From: Carcharhinus longimanus
Lineage: Eukaryota
Length of the DNA: 64,000 nucleotides
Assembly: GCA_030264375.1 (NCBI GenBank)
Contig: JASCQW010000043.1
Location: forward strand, 72,125,124 to 72,189,123
Direction: 5' to 3'
Shown here piece by piece: positions 1 through 13,700 of this stretch (within the stretch, counting starts at the first letter, position 1; the number at the start of each line of letters is the position of its first letter). Below the pieces are notes generated by a model that saw only the letters and a program-made list of their open reading frames with translations, was not told the DNA's origin and did no database searches. The position numbers and the translations under genes were made by a program.

Positions 1-345
1 ATAGATCAGCTAGATAGTAAATATCTTTTCCCAAAGGTAGAAGAGTCTAAAACTAGAGTGCATAGGTTTAAGGTGAGGGGGAGAGATATAAAAGTGTCCA
101 GAGGGGCAATTTTTTCACACAAAGGGTGGTGATTGTCTGGAACAAGCTGCCAGAAGTAGTAGTAGAGATGGATACAATTTTGCCTTTTAAGAAGCATTTA
201 GATAGTTACATGGGTACGATGGGTATAGAGGGATAAGGGCCGAATGCGGGCAATTGGGATTAGCTTAGGGGTTTTAAAAAAAAAAGGGCAGCGTGGACAA
301 GTTAGGCCAAAGGGCCTGTTTCCATGCTGTAAACCTCTATGACTC
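1..345 (+). mobile_element. CR1-type LINE 3' end
   Basis: Decayed ORF2 C-terminus (LFPKV.ESKTR.HRFKVRG...GNFFTQRVV.VWNKLP) followed by a 3' UTR ending ctctatgactcta. Confidence 0.85.
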
Positions 346-936
346 TATATATCAATAGGTCTAGTTATTTCTGTCTTCAGACAGCTCCTGTCAAGAGGGA
401 ACAGAGCACCTCTGGTTAAACCTGATCTGCCAGGCATTCCTTCATTGGTCTTCCTCTTCACAAGAGACACTGAATAAAAAAACCTTCTCCTGGAACATTT
501 GGCAAGTGGTCAGAAAGGGGAATGTCGTCAGAGGTTTGGATATCCTCTGATTTGTTCTTGTCGACTGCAAGCAGAGACCATTGTTCCTGCTTCCCTAGGA
601 AAGCTCTGGAAATCTGAGAAAATTTTAACAAATGCAGGAAGACAGCAATCCAAGCTCACTCATTTTCTGACCTTTGCATACAGAGAACTGGATGTCCCCA
701 GCAGCAAAGATCAAGGAAATCCACCTTTGTATAACATCACTTTCACATATTTATAGTGCAAACAACCCTCTCAAAGGTTATATTCTGTGTTAAGTGCTCA
801 TGGCCTTTAACATCTACACCACACTCAAGTTATAAAACCCATGTTTAAAATTGCATTCAAAGTAAACAGTGTACAACAAAACCCACAACGGCTACATTTT
901 ATATGATTCTTTTTTCACAGTACCTATTTGCCTGTA

Positions 937-1268
937 GTGGCACAATGGTTAGCACTGCTGCCTCACAGCGCCAGGGTTCGATTCTGGTCTTAGTTGACTG
1001 TGAAATTTGAATGTTTTTCCCATGTCTGTATGGGTTTCTTCCAGGTGCTCTGGTTTCCTGCAACAGTGTAGGTTAGGTGGATTGGCCATGGTAACTTACC
1101 CCTTAGTGTCCAAAGATGTATAGGTTAGGGGAATTAACCATGATAAATGTGCANNNNNACAGGGATATGGTGGAGGGGAGGGTCTGGGCGGGAGGGTCTT
1201 TCAGAGAGTCGATGCAGACTCAATGGGCTAGTTGGCCTCTATCTATACTGTTGGGATTTTATGGTTCT
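937..1268 (+). mobile_element. tRNA-derived SINE (shark HE1-like)
   Basis: Head gtggcacaatggttagcactgctgcctcacagcgccagggttcgattc (A/B boxes); body ...ccttagtgtccaaagatgt...; CR1-like tail; several copies in the window. Confidence 0.85.
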
Positions 1269-1339
1269 AAATGATTGTTACCATTATTAAAGGAGTTATT
1301 TTGAACATTCCATGGGACATTCTTCCAGCCATTATTTTA

Positions 1340-1527
1340 AGGGAACTGCCTGAAACAGTGGTATGGACAGAAACCCTCATAATTTAGACATGCACATGAA
1401 ATGCAATTATGTATAAGGCCTTGGATCAAGAGCAGAAAATGGGATTAGACTGGGTTGCTGCTTGTTGGCCAATGTGGACACAATGGGCTGAATGGCCTCC
1501 TTCCATGCTACAAATTTCTATAATTCT
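1340..1527 (+). mobile_element. CR1 LINE 3' tail fragment
   Basis: ...gggctgaatggcctccttccatgctacaaatttctataattct CR1-type tail. Confidence 0.6.
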
Positions 1528-1683
1528 GTCATTGTGTGTTATGTTACTTTATTTAAAAAATGAATAGAAATGCATTAGAACAGTGGACAAAAATATAAGT
1601 GTAAAATGGTCAAAATGCCCACGTTCAGCATGCCTATGCATTGTAACTAACTCTTACACAGTCTAGCTTTATTTCTGTTCCAG

Positions 1684-1752
1684 AAACCTTGCCAACAACA
1701 GGTTTTCAAGCTTGTCCTGGAAGCCCTTTCGATACTTGGAACTGACCCATTT
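1684..1752 (+). CDS. NTRK2: Trk exon, leucine-rich repeat (NLANNRFSSLSWKPFRYLELTHL)
   Basis: Acceptor tttatttctgttccag, donor TT|gtaagt; 69 nt, as I recall for the third LRR exon of vertebrate Trk genes; phase fits the next exon. Confidence 0.9.
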
Positions 1753-4700
1753 GTAAGTGGCATTTCGTAAACATGTATAATATAATTAATGCAAAGGTTT
1801 CAAATATACCACAACCTTATCTGTGTTCTTAAAATGTTAGCATAGAATTATTTCTTGACCTGAAAGAGTAGTATATTTACCGTTTCAATCATGGTAACCT
1901 AGAAAGTATGCATTGAGATATTTCCATTAGCAAATTTAACACATTGATTTGAAATTACATTTGTCCAATATTCTAATGAAAGCATTGATCTGATTTGAAC
2001 AGCAGACAGTTAATTATATGAACATGTTAAGCATTAATTTAATGATGTCAACATGCCTATGTTCCAGATGCAAACTCATTAGGTATTCATGTAGTAATTC
2101 AATTTCTAGACTTGTGTACTTGATGTAGGCTTTATATCAAACTTTTTATTTATTAGTTATGTTCTACTAAGTAGCTGCTTTGTGTGCTTTAATCAGAAAT
2201 GTCAACTCTGGAGATCTGTATTTCTCTGGTCAAGTTGTAACAGAAAGCCCAATTACCCTTGAGAGTAAGCATTAAATAATGTTGTAAATGTTATGAATAG
2301 AATGAACACCTCATCAATCCAGGTTTCCCTGTTTAATGGAAACATAATTTTACCATTGCCCCATAAAGATTATTAAAGTAAACAGATCAGCAATGATATA
2401 CTGCTGATTTTATATTCTTTAATATATTTTTAAACTTCCTTGTAAGTTTGATGCTGTTATTTTCCTATTACTGAATTTAACTTATATGTTGATGTAGTTG
2501 CCAATTTTAAACATGTAACAATACAATTTTGAAAGGTGAGCTATTAACTTATAGAAATTATTTTGTGATTAGAAAATACTTAATCAATTAATTTAATCAA
2601 TCTGGATGAAGACTTTCATTTCATATTGCAAACTGGGACAAAGACTTCAAGAGGCTTTTTAATTTAAGATTGCAGCATTGTTTTAGAAAGATGAAAATAA
2701 TAGGAAGTCCATTTGATATAATGCATTTTTAATACTATTCAATTATTTTGTCGCAGCGATCAGTGCTAGATCTCATTCCAGTGAATACTTGGCTATAGAT
2801 AACATTTTACAAAATTATTTATGCACTAGAATTTAAAAACATTAGTTTAAGATAATTTAGGACTAATTTCTAAAATAATTTTGGAGTAATTTATTACACT
2901 TTATGACTTAAGAATATTATCTCATTGGACTTATTTTCATTCTGAAGATTTTACCTCTTTCTTACACTTTTATTTCCATTCTGATTACATTATCGATATT
3001 GTTCACTGAATGGTGAGTGAAAATGTACATACTTCTAGTGGGTTTTTGGCATTTTTCCACTTAGTTTCCATATCAAGCAGAGATTAGCATTTGAACTGCC
3101 TCTGATAGGCAAAAGTAACCACAATTGAGTCCGTTACTGAATTTACTGGCATTAGATTTACATTTTTTTTCCTGTTTAAAGGGTTACAGTTTTTTTGTTA
3201 CTGTTACTGATTCTATCTAACATTTAATGTTGGGACGTGAATGGTTCATGGTTGAGTTGAACTCGATGTCCATTATGGGATTTAGAATGACTCTCAGCCA
3301 GTCAGAATTTGTTGTAATGCCTGGACATAATCTAATGAAGTTTATGTTATTTGATTTTCTGTATATGCAATTTAAGAGCTGATCAATGAAACATTTTTAC
3401 ACCCCATACCTTTCTCATATGCAACAATAACACAATAGATACAAAAATGAATCAACATTTGTTTTTAACAGGGTGATTCAATTGTATTTGTGCCCTGGCC
3501 TTAAGTGATTCGAGCAGTAATGGAGATGTAGGGCCCAATTTTACCATTTTCATTCTAAGTGCTGAATCTTGGCGTAATGCAGATCCAATTTAGAAATCTG
3601 CTCCCAGGCGCCCCCATATGCTTTCAGCCATTTCCAGTCCCACTACCCAGACCAATCACCACCCCTGCACCCCCCCACACCCCCACCGATCACCCACAGA
3701 GTGGCAGTGGATCCCCTGCCCCCTCATGCCCACCAGAGATCCATCTGATCCCCCCTGCCCTGCCCCGCCCACCCCGCCACTCCCCCCCACCAGAGATCCA
3801 TCTGCCTCCAACCCCCCCCTCCCCCCACCAGTGAGCGATCGGGCCTCCCTCATCCTTCCCCCAGACAAAATGATCTGGCCTCACTCATTCCTCCCCACCT
3901 CCCCCCAAGAGAATGGGTCTGGCCTCACTGACACCCACCCTGCCCAGAGGAACATCCAACCCACCTCCTCCTCCCACCCCTGACACCAGACAACAATCAG
4001 CCCTCCTCCTCCCCCACCACCAGACAACGATCAGCCCTCCCCCCACCACCACCACCAAAGATACATCTGACCTGCCGCCTCCTCCTTCCCCCCCCCACCA
4101 ACCAGACAACAATCTGGCCTCATTACCCTCCCCCCCCGAACCAGAGAATGATCTGACACCCCCCCCACTCCCCTCCCAACTGACCTGAGCCAGAGAGCTG
4201 TTGGAAGCTCTGAACACGCCTCTTCAGCAGTTGGAGCGCCCAGTTCAAACTTTTATTTAGCAGGTTCATTACGGCGCGGTTCCGGATTGACAAGCACAGT
4301 AGTAAAGGGGAAATGCTGATGAAGTTGGGCAGGCAGTTCATTAATTCAATTTAAAGGCATGCAAATGCATTTAAATCGCCGTTGTGGGCGCAAATTGAAA
4401 CGCCGCCATTCCCGGGTTTCGGTAAAGTGGCAATCTGTGCGGATGTGGGCGCAGATCGCATTAATGGCCCCACATCCAACTTTACCACATTTTCGCGCTT
4501 GACACAATGGTAGAATCAGGCCCATAGGGTCAAAATGGGAGGTAATTGAGGGTAGGAAGCTTGGCTTAAGGATGAGCCTGCAAGCTGAATCTTTCAGTAC
4601 AACTGTTACCATCACTTAGAACTTTCTGTAACTACAGGGCCAGTGTTAACCTTGGTTGAAATCAGATACAGGCAGCTAACATGACTGCAGTTGCTCTACC

Positions 4701-7700
4701 TATTTTGCTATTTTCCTGCCTGTTAAAATCTCAACCTGCTCTTTTGAGCAGTGGAGAAGGACATTGTTAAGAAGATAGCAATATGCTTTTTTACAATGGC
4801 ACATCAGGGCCTGATGACATCATCAAAGTCCGACTTGAATTTTGATCCATGGTCTATGCAGGAGTGTTCCGTGGGAGCCCCCGCCAAGAAACCTTAGGTG
4901 TCCTTTGCCCTGGCGTACCTATTCCCTGACTGTATTAATCTCATGACACACCTTCCGTACCTCTTACTTGAGTGTTTGGGACCATTTCTATGGTTACCTG
5001 GTGGAGGCCACCTGCCATCCAAAATTCTGCTCCCATTTGTTTCCAGCAAGCCACTGCGATTAGGCAAAAATTGATTAAAGTCTGTGCCTGCCCCTTCCTG
5101 CACAACTCACAGCTGAGAGTTAAAGGTTGATTATTGCCACTTCAATTTCCTATTTTTTTTAAAAGCATGTACAGTTTTGCTAGCCTTTTCTTTGCTTTCT
5201 TGTTCCCTTCACATCTGTGAGCAAACCAGCTCAGTGCAGTTGAAAAGAGACAACAGCATAAATAGATCACCTTATTAAAGTAGCCTGCTTTTAAATTCTG
5301 TTCCAAACATAATCATTTAGGAAGAAGTATAGTGGAGTAATACTTCTACTATTTACTACCTTAGATCTGACTAAGCTACCTGGGACATATTTCTAACACG
5401 GTGGGTGGGATTTTATGGCCTCGCTTGTCTCAAAACCGTAAAATCCTGTCTGAGGTCAACAGACTTTTCCATGTTCAGCCCCTCATCAGCTTCGATTCCC
5501 CATGGTGGGCAGGACAGTAAAATTCCAGCCGTTGTACTTTATTTTGACCACCTCTGCTAGAAAACTGAGATGACCCTTGTGAGCCATCTGAAGGAAAACT
5601 AATTCTGTACATATTACTGCATTGCTGGGATATACTAATATACATGTACATTTTTTTCCCTCTAGAATCTTAACAGAAAACCCATTCCTGTGTTCATGTG
5701 GCATTGCGTGGATCCAGTTCTGGCAGGCAAATAACCTGGCCACCCTGGAGGTTCAGAACCTGACATGTCGAGGCGAGAATGACTGGAGGATAATGCTGCC
5801 ATATATGAGGATTCCAGACTGTGGTACTGTCATTTTTCCCAAAAGCGTTGTGTATGATTCTTTTTCCCTTCAAGTCTGATGGATAGAGAAGAAAGAGCTT
5901 GAATACATTAAAGATCCTTAAGGATTTAACAGGTGGAACATATGTCAGCAATACGCAGAGAATTTTTAGTATCGTGCACAAATTCCCTGCCCTCGCTGTC
6001 ATTTGTGACAAAGTATTTTGGCCTTATTGATTGCCGTACATTTAATAATTTTAGGTTGCAATTGTCATTTATTTTAGCACCATATTAATGATTTAGTTAT
6101 CTTTTCAATGTTCATACTCAAAATGCTGATGGCAATGAAGGCTAAATGGAGCATTAATTCTGACCAGACTTTAAAATATGGCTAGGGGTCACAGTGAGAA
6201 ATTAGCCCGGTCATTGCGATTGGATACAGAGCCCTATGTTATTAAGTTTTGAGACCTATGCTGTAGAAAATAGAGCTCTATGTCACAGAGCCTAATGGTA
6301 AAGGGTGCAGAGTTCTGTGTTATTGGGTACAGTGCCCTATGTTAAAATGCACAGAGCCCTCTACTAGTAGCTACAGAATACCATGCTTTGGAGTGCAGAA
6401 CTTGGATAGGATTTTCCAGTCCCCCCCCGCCCCACGTCATCCCCAGGACCAGAACTTCCTGCCCGAGGTCAGTGGGCTTTTGACTTGTCCGTCATAATTA
6501 CCGTCAGGTCTGCAACGAATGCTGCGGTGTATGGGACTAGAAGATTTGGACCCTTGGATTTTATAGGGTCGAAATGTTATAGGGTGCAGGGTCCGGCGTT
6601 ATAGGGTGCAGGGTCCGGCGTTATAGGGTGCAAGGTCCAGCATTATAGGGTGTGGAGTTTCTATTGCTGGAGACGGAGTGATATATTAGTTTGTACAGTG
6701 TCCTCTGTTTTTGGATACAGGGCTTGTGTTATTGGATACAAAGCTATCTGTTGTTGGATGCAGCACTCTGTTGTTGGATACTGATCCCTAGAAAATCATT
6801 AGGCTGTTCAGAATTAATTCTACTTAAACAAATGAATTACTTAATCATTAGAAATGAGGTGAACCTGGGTGGAATGATGGTAAACTAACACAACAGTATA
6901 AACACAGGGCTAAAAGAGAAATAAATTAAACTGAAAATATACCTCTCTTTTTAACTTTGGGCTGAATTTAATGTACATGACAATGGCCCTGTCCACTGGT
7001 CGTTTTTAGAAGCCCCAATGGAACTCATAACAATAGGCAGTTAATTGCTTTTAGTGCTTCATCCCCTTTAAGAACAGATGTCCCTCTGCCAAGAGCTGCC
7101 GGCCAATCAGAGGGCTGGCAGCTCCTCAGCGCCACCAGAAATGGTGGTCACTATTAGTGCTGCAGCAGGTCCAGGTCAGCAATGGTGGAGCCTGCCTTGG
7201 AATTAAGAAGAGTGTGTATGAGTTGCCAGAGCCACTTGTGAAGACTCTGGTAAGAAGGTGGGGTTGGTGTTGGCGTGGATGAGAAAGGGGAATCTTGCAG
7301 TGGGGATTAATCTTGCCACTGGGTGCCCTCCATGAGCCACAGAGAGCCAGATCTGGAAAACAAGGCTGTGCCAGGCTATTAATTGATCCATTAAGGGCCT
7401 CAGTTGCCGCTCAGGCAGGAACAATGGCCTTGACTTTCCCACCCCTGATTTAATCGGCAAGAAATTGGGAAGGTAACAGGCACTTCAATGTTTTCCTGAT
7501 TTTACAGCATCTCCCGACTTCATAGCCCACTCCCATGGGCAAGATATGCTCCTATCTGAAGGCATCTAGGCCACGAAATTGAAAGTGATCCCTTGCAAAG
7601 AATATAAAGAGCTATGAAAGCATTTTAAGACACAGCCAAAGGTTAATTATTAAAGGCTGCAAATAGAGGAATAGCGGAACATGCGAAAAGCCCACATCTG

Positions 7701-10700
7701 GTTATGGAAGCTCATTGAATCATAACGGAAAGGTTTCATGTAAATAAAATACCGCAGTCTCCTGTCTGATTTACAGCCTGACTAGAAGGCTGGAGCTGAA
7801 ACAATCAGCAGGAGAGTGCAAATGGGGATCTATGAGATTGTCTGCAGCAGCAGTGTGGGGGAACGCAGCTCTGGCCAAGATCAGGTGAGGGCAGGAGTGG
7901 AGGGGGATTCTGAGAGAGTGGGGCTCATTGGAGGTCCCAGATCTGGGCTGGTGGTGGTGGGGGCAGTTTGTTACAATTGTGGAGGAGAGGACATAGCCCT
8001 GTTCCAAGGATGCCTGAAGCTGCCTTGTGGGGTCTCACCTGGCCCAGAAGGAAACCTGAGAATATGTTTTGAATTTCTGGGCCTCTTCTTGCCCAGGATT
8101 CGCTCCTGGCAGGTTTTTGCCAACATTCATTCAGGCCTCTGTTTGATTCATTCTGAATCTCAGGTGTCTGCTTGAAAGAGTTGGTTAACATGGGGGCATG
8201 GCAGGAAGATTGTGGAAATAGTGCATAACCGAAAACAATTATTTTAACTGCCTCCCCTGTCAGGTTTCTGTCAGATTGGGACAGTTAAAATAAATCTTGA
8301 TTCCTGAGATCTTGAACACAATTTTGACTCAATTTAAATTTTAAGTCATCTGTCAACTTCAACTATTAAGAACGTTTACTTTCTTTCTTTGCTTAAATAG
8401 NNNNNNNNNNNNNNNNNNNNNNNNNNNNNNNGGAACCTTAAATACTTTAGAAATGATCTGCTTACTGATGGAAGCCAGATGCTTTGGAATGACTTATTTG
8501 TTGCATCAAATCAATTGCAAATTATAACATGGACCACTGGATTGGTACATCATGTCAGAATGCCAGCACATTCTGCAGCAGACAGCCGAGTCCTGGCTTC
8601 ATGCCCAAAAGATTGCGAACAGACAGCGCCTGACAATTGCCATGGGTTAAGAAGAGCTGTCACCTGGAGATCACATATTTTCTCCACAGGGAATCATCAC
8701 AATGAGGGTAGACCATTTAATCCCCAGAGCCTGGTCCATCATTTTAATTAGATCATGACTAACCTGAGCCACAACTTCTTTTACTGACCTTTATATCCCT
8801 GATACCCTTATCTCACAAAAATAACAGTCAAATTCCATGGATAAAACTAGACTACTTGCCATTTACAGTGAATCCTGTAGACTTAAAGGCAGAATTTGTG
8901 CTTCAAAGAAATGTTGTCCCCCACACGCATTGTTATATATTCATGAAAAACACTAACAGCACAAACATGCAGGCGGACCTCTGAGACATTACGCACTCTG
9001 GATACTTGTTTATTCTGGTAAGTAAACAAGTGCCATTTCTCCATCTCCCTCCTCACATCGTTACTGGGAGGTCCAGAAGCTACAGGAGCTTTTCAGCTAA
9101 GGAAGATACTTTTTGACAAAGAAATTAGTTTATCTGCCACACCAGACCAGCAGGAAATTAAAGTTGAGGCCGTGATCAGAAGATTCATGGTCTTGTTCAA
9201 TGGTGTAGTCAGCTCAAAGGGCCGAATGGCCTACTTCTGCTCTCAGTTCCTAGGTCCTTATGTTCATAAAGGGTCGACTTTGACCTTTAAATAAATTTGT
9301 GACACTGGTGTAGAAACTCATTTTACCTTCAGCAAATGTAGCAAAATTACAGACATGCTGTCCATGTTTCTTTGAGGTACGCTGCTGGTGAATAAGATCA
9401 CTTGTTGGTGTACGGTTAGAAAATTGCTTGTAAAAACTCATTCATCCATCAAATCACTGAAGGATCTCTGAAGTCTTGCTGTTCCCAGGATTAGAAGATC
9501 GGCATTAGTTAGTGGAATTCAGCAGCTGCAAACTGACAGATTTGAGCACTTCTAATACTAAATCCATAACCTCAGGACCTTCAACCTTTGGCAGATTGAG
9601 TCCTTCCCTCTCCCCATCAAATAATCTTAAAATTAAAAGTGTAATGAATGAATCAGAATAACCCCAGCCATGCTTATCTTTGTGTGAAGTTTTTGTCAGG
9701 TGGCATCAATGCTTTTCATGCGACTAACATTCTTACTCATTCAACAATGAAGAACCAGTTACTCATTGGGACCATAGAATCCCTACAGTGCAGAAGGAGG
9801 CTGTTGAGCCCATCAAGCTTGCACCAACAACAATCCCACCAGACCCTATCCCCGTAACCCCAAGTATTTACCCTGTTAATCCCTTAACACTGCTAATGAG
9901 GCATGAGTAATATGGAGAAAGTTAAACAATAAAATTCTATTGACCTGAAATGTTGACTGTTTCTCTTTCCACAAATGTTTTGCTTTACAGGCTGAGTATT
10001 TCAAGTTTTGGAACTAATAGGGTAGCCCTTTTAAAGAGCTGTATGGCCTTCTTTCATCCTAGATTATTGTATGATTTTACATCTGAAGTCATTTGCATAG
10101 GTGCGATTGTCTATGAAGTATTTTCCATAAATTTCCCCTTTTCTTTATTTCAGAATTGCCTAAGGCCTCTGTAAACATTAGTAATGTTACCGTGGTTGAA
10201 GGGGGAGAAGTTGCAATTGAGTGTACTGCTGTAGGCCGTCCAATTCCCACTATGGATTGGCAAGAACACATCCTCCATTCGACTTATCAGGTTTGACTAT
10301 GATGTTCTCAGAATTCAGCATTTCTAACATAACTTGCCATTTTAATATATTTTGCTAAGAATAAGAAATGAATGAGATCAGTTGAAAGTCAACCACATTG
10401 CTGTGGCTTTGGAGTCACATGTATGCCAGACCAGGTAAGTACAGCAGATTTCCTTCCCTAAAGGACTTTAGTGAATTTAGTAGATTCTTAATTCCAGATA
10501 TTTTTTATTGAATTCAAATTCCACTATCTGCCGTGATGGAATTCGAACCTAAGTCCCCAGAACATTGATTGAGTTTCTGAGTTAATAGTTGAGCAATAAT
10601 ACCATTAGACCATTGCCTCCCCACATGTGTCATTAACCAGACAAGCATCTATGTTCTCTGGTGTTCTCGTTTGGAATTCTTCATCTGCAATTTCTTTCCA

Positions 10701-13700
10701 CTTTGCTTCTCTACTCTATAAAGTGCTTCCCTGCTGAAAATAAGGCTGTAAGGGGATTTTCTCAGAGTGTCCCTCTGAGTGTTTCTCAGAGTGTCTCACA
10801 GCTACCACAAAGACTTGTGAAAGACAGTTTGCAGTAAAAGATGTTCTTTATTTGACCAACACATATTGGGAGAGAGATGGTCAGAGGATTCTAGCCTCTC
10901 TCTGACATTACATCACATCACATGAGCACAACAGATATACATTTATGAAGATTCGAACCTCCTGCCCCACCTGTCACCCAAGCTGGAAGGTCCAATTACA
11001 TTAATACACTTTATTTACTTTGGCCAATAGCAGAATCCTAGCAGAATTAGAAATTCATTGGTCAACCTAACTTAACGGTTGTATCCCCGCACCCCCCCCA
11101 CCCCCCCCACCCCATTGCCTAGTAACCTTACATATGCAAATCTGGTAGATTCAAGAGTCACTCCTAACACTGGCAGTCCTGGAATCGAAAAGGGAGTGAT
11201 CTTTCTTGTCTGTTTTCTGTCCCTTTATCAGTGGAGGCTTAATACATCTATTCATTGCAGCTAGAAACTGAAACCTTCTAGTCATTTCAAGAACCTTGGT
11301 AGCTTGTAGCTGTCTGGTCTGTCCCTGATAACAGGGTATATGCTCTATGCTTTCTTGTTCCAAAAGAACACGGTCTGTCTAATTATTTCCCATTATGAAA
11401 AGGGGTAAATTGCTTGTTGGCCAAAGCTCTTAAAATGCAAAAAATATAGTTTAAATCTATAATGCTTGTTCAAAAATGATTATATATGTTCTTATACAGA
11501 TAACACCTTCGTATAATAAATAAGTGAGGCACATTGTGATACCTTTGATATATATAAGGCACACTGTGATCCCTATTTTAAACTGATCTACTTTGTTTTA
11601 ATAGTCTCAGAAAGCACATGTTTCTGTACGCCATGCTACAAAGGTCATTTGCTGGGTACAGTTTTATGGGCACAGAGTTGGAAGGTGAATCAAAATGTCT
11701 ACACCACTGGCCAATGGAAATCATGACCCAGGCATGCAGCTCACTTCTTTCATGGGTAGCTGTTAGTAATGGATAAGCTGCACACTAGCTGGAATGAGAA
11801 GCTATTGGTATAAAAGACTTAATATAATCCACTGAGTGATATCATGTTATTTCTCTTCATAGACAGCAGAAACTTCCAGACCGCCAGTAATATTAAAGCT
11901 CAACAACATTTCTGGTGATGACAATGGAAAGCAACTTGTCTGCACAGCAGAGAATATTGTGGGGGAATCGAAGGTTGTTGTCAATCTAACTGTTCTCTGT
12001 GAGTATGCACAGCATTTCTGTCACATTTTATCCTCGTACTTTTATTTTATACATTTACACCAATGAATGGCTGTGATCAGCTGAGAGAGAATCTAATGTG
12101 GTGAAGAATCAAAAAGAAAATCAAATCTTCAAATCACCTAGCCTGCAATTATTTAATTGGTTGCTGTTTTGCAATGTTTTACACTCTGCTGAACAAAAAA
12201 CATTGGGTGGAATTCAGTGTTGGTGCTGGGGGTCTCTTGCCCACAAGTTGTAGAATCATTGTGTACCTGGTCCTGCTTTTCTTCAGTCAGCTGATGTAAT
12301 CTGATGGCTCGGGTCACTGTCTGTGTGGAGTTTGCACATTCTCCTCGTATCTGCATGGGTTTCCTCCGGGTGCTCTGGTTTCTTCCCACCGTCCAAAGAT
12401 GTGCAGGTTAGGTTGATTGGCCATGCTAAAATAATTACCCCTTAGTGTCCTGAGGTGCGCAGGTTAGATGGATTAGTGGGTGAATATGGGGGTAGGGCCT
12501 GGATGGGATTGTGATTGGTACAGAATCGATGGGCCAAATGTCCTCTTTCTGCACTGTACGGTTTCTATGATTCTATGATAATTATGAAGTAATCAGGCAC
12601 TTACCAGTACAGTGCAGGCTTCCTGTGTGATTAAATCCCTAGTAGGGTGGAAATCCCACCCCAAGAGCTCCTGGCCAGTCAGAGGTTTGCAGATTTCCAG
12701 TACTGGCAGTTCCATCAAACTGTCTTCCCCCCACTGGTGGGTGACTTTCCCACATTAGTGCCGTCTTACCATGGAATTAATGCCTCCTGTGCAATTTTCC
12801 AGGACCACCATCTTGCCCACTCCAGCGGGCTCCTCTAAACTCCATCCACTGTGACACAGTGTAATTAATGACGACAAATCAAAGAAAAAATGCCCAGATG
12901 TCACTTGAATTAGAAGTAGTAAACAACCTGTAAGTTTAAAGAGACAGATTAAGTCTATTGTATCGACTTTTGTGGTAGAAAAGTGCCCAGCTGTGATTGT
13001 AGGCCTGGCTCTGGGCCTGGCCCCCAGTCAAATTGCTGGTTCCATTTTGTACTTTCTGTCCCCTTCTAAGAGGGTCTGATTGAGTAGCTAAAGAAAGTTT
13101 TTTGCTGATAGTTCCAGTGCATCAACAAGCAGCTACTTTTCTTTCCTCTTTCCTCTGGTTGATCCCCAAGAGACAATAGATCATGACATAGCACCTGCCA
13201 GTGCTATTTAATCCTGCCCTGACATCAAATACTCCAGCAGGGTCGAGGCAGGAGGTCACTAGTGCCAGCTTTGCTGCACTCCTGTAAACAGAGCAGGGCA
13301 AAACAATTTTGCTCCCTGTCCATAATCTGGCCGGTGAAGGCTGTACCTCAAGGGGTTCAATGACCTAATCTGGTCAGTGGAAGTACTAAACATTGCATTT
13401 TGTGAGGTGTAAAACTTGTAGTAAGATCATGTATTTATTTACTTTTTTAAAACATTGACAAAGCACTTCACCGATAGAGGTCAATAAAGTCATGGATGCC
13501 AAGTCATGAAGGGAGAAATTAAAAGGAGTGGCTGAAAGCTTGGTCTTAAAGATGGGATTTGAGTAGGTTATTAAAGGGTCAGAGAGAGGTGGTTGGGTGA
13601 AATCCTTTAGGGAGGAAGTTCCAGATAGCAAGGTGAAGTGGTTGAAAGTCCTCAAATGGTGGGATGAATGACGGACAGGTTCTTATTTGAGTGTTTTTTG

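Noticed and set aside
3559-4217. Overlapping Pro-rich and Gly-rich ORFs
   Set aside because: Products of the C-rich low-complexity interior of a TIR-bounded non-autonomous transposon; no coherent protein.
6576-6660. CRISPR-like array
   Set aside because: Head-to-tail tandem units without unique spacers, in vertebrate DNA with no cas genes.
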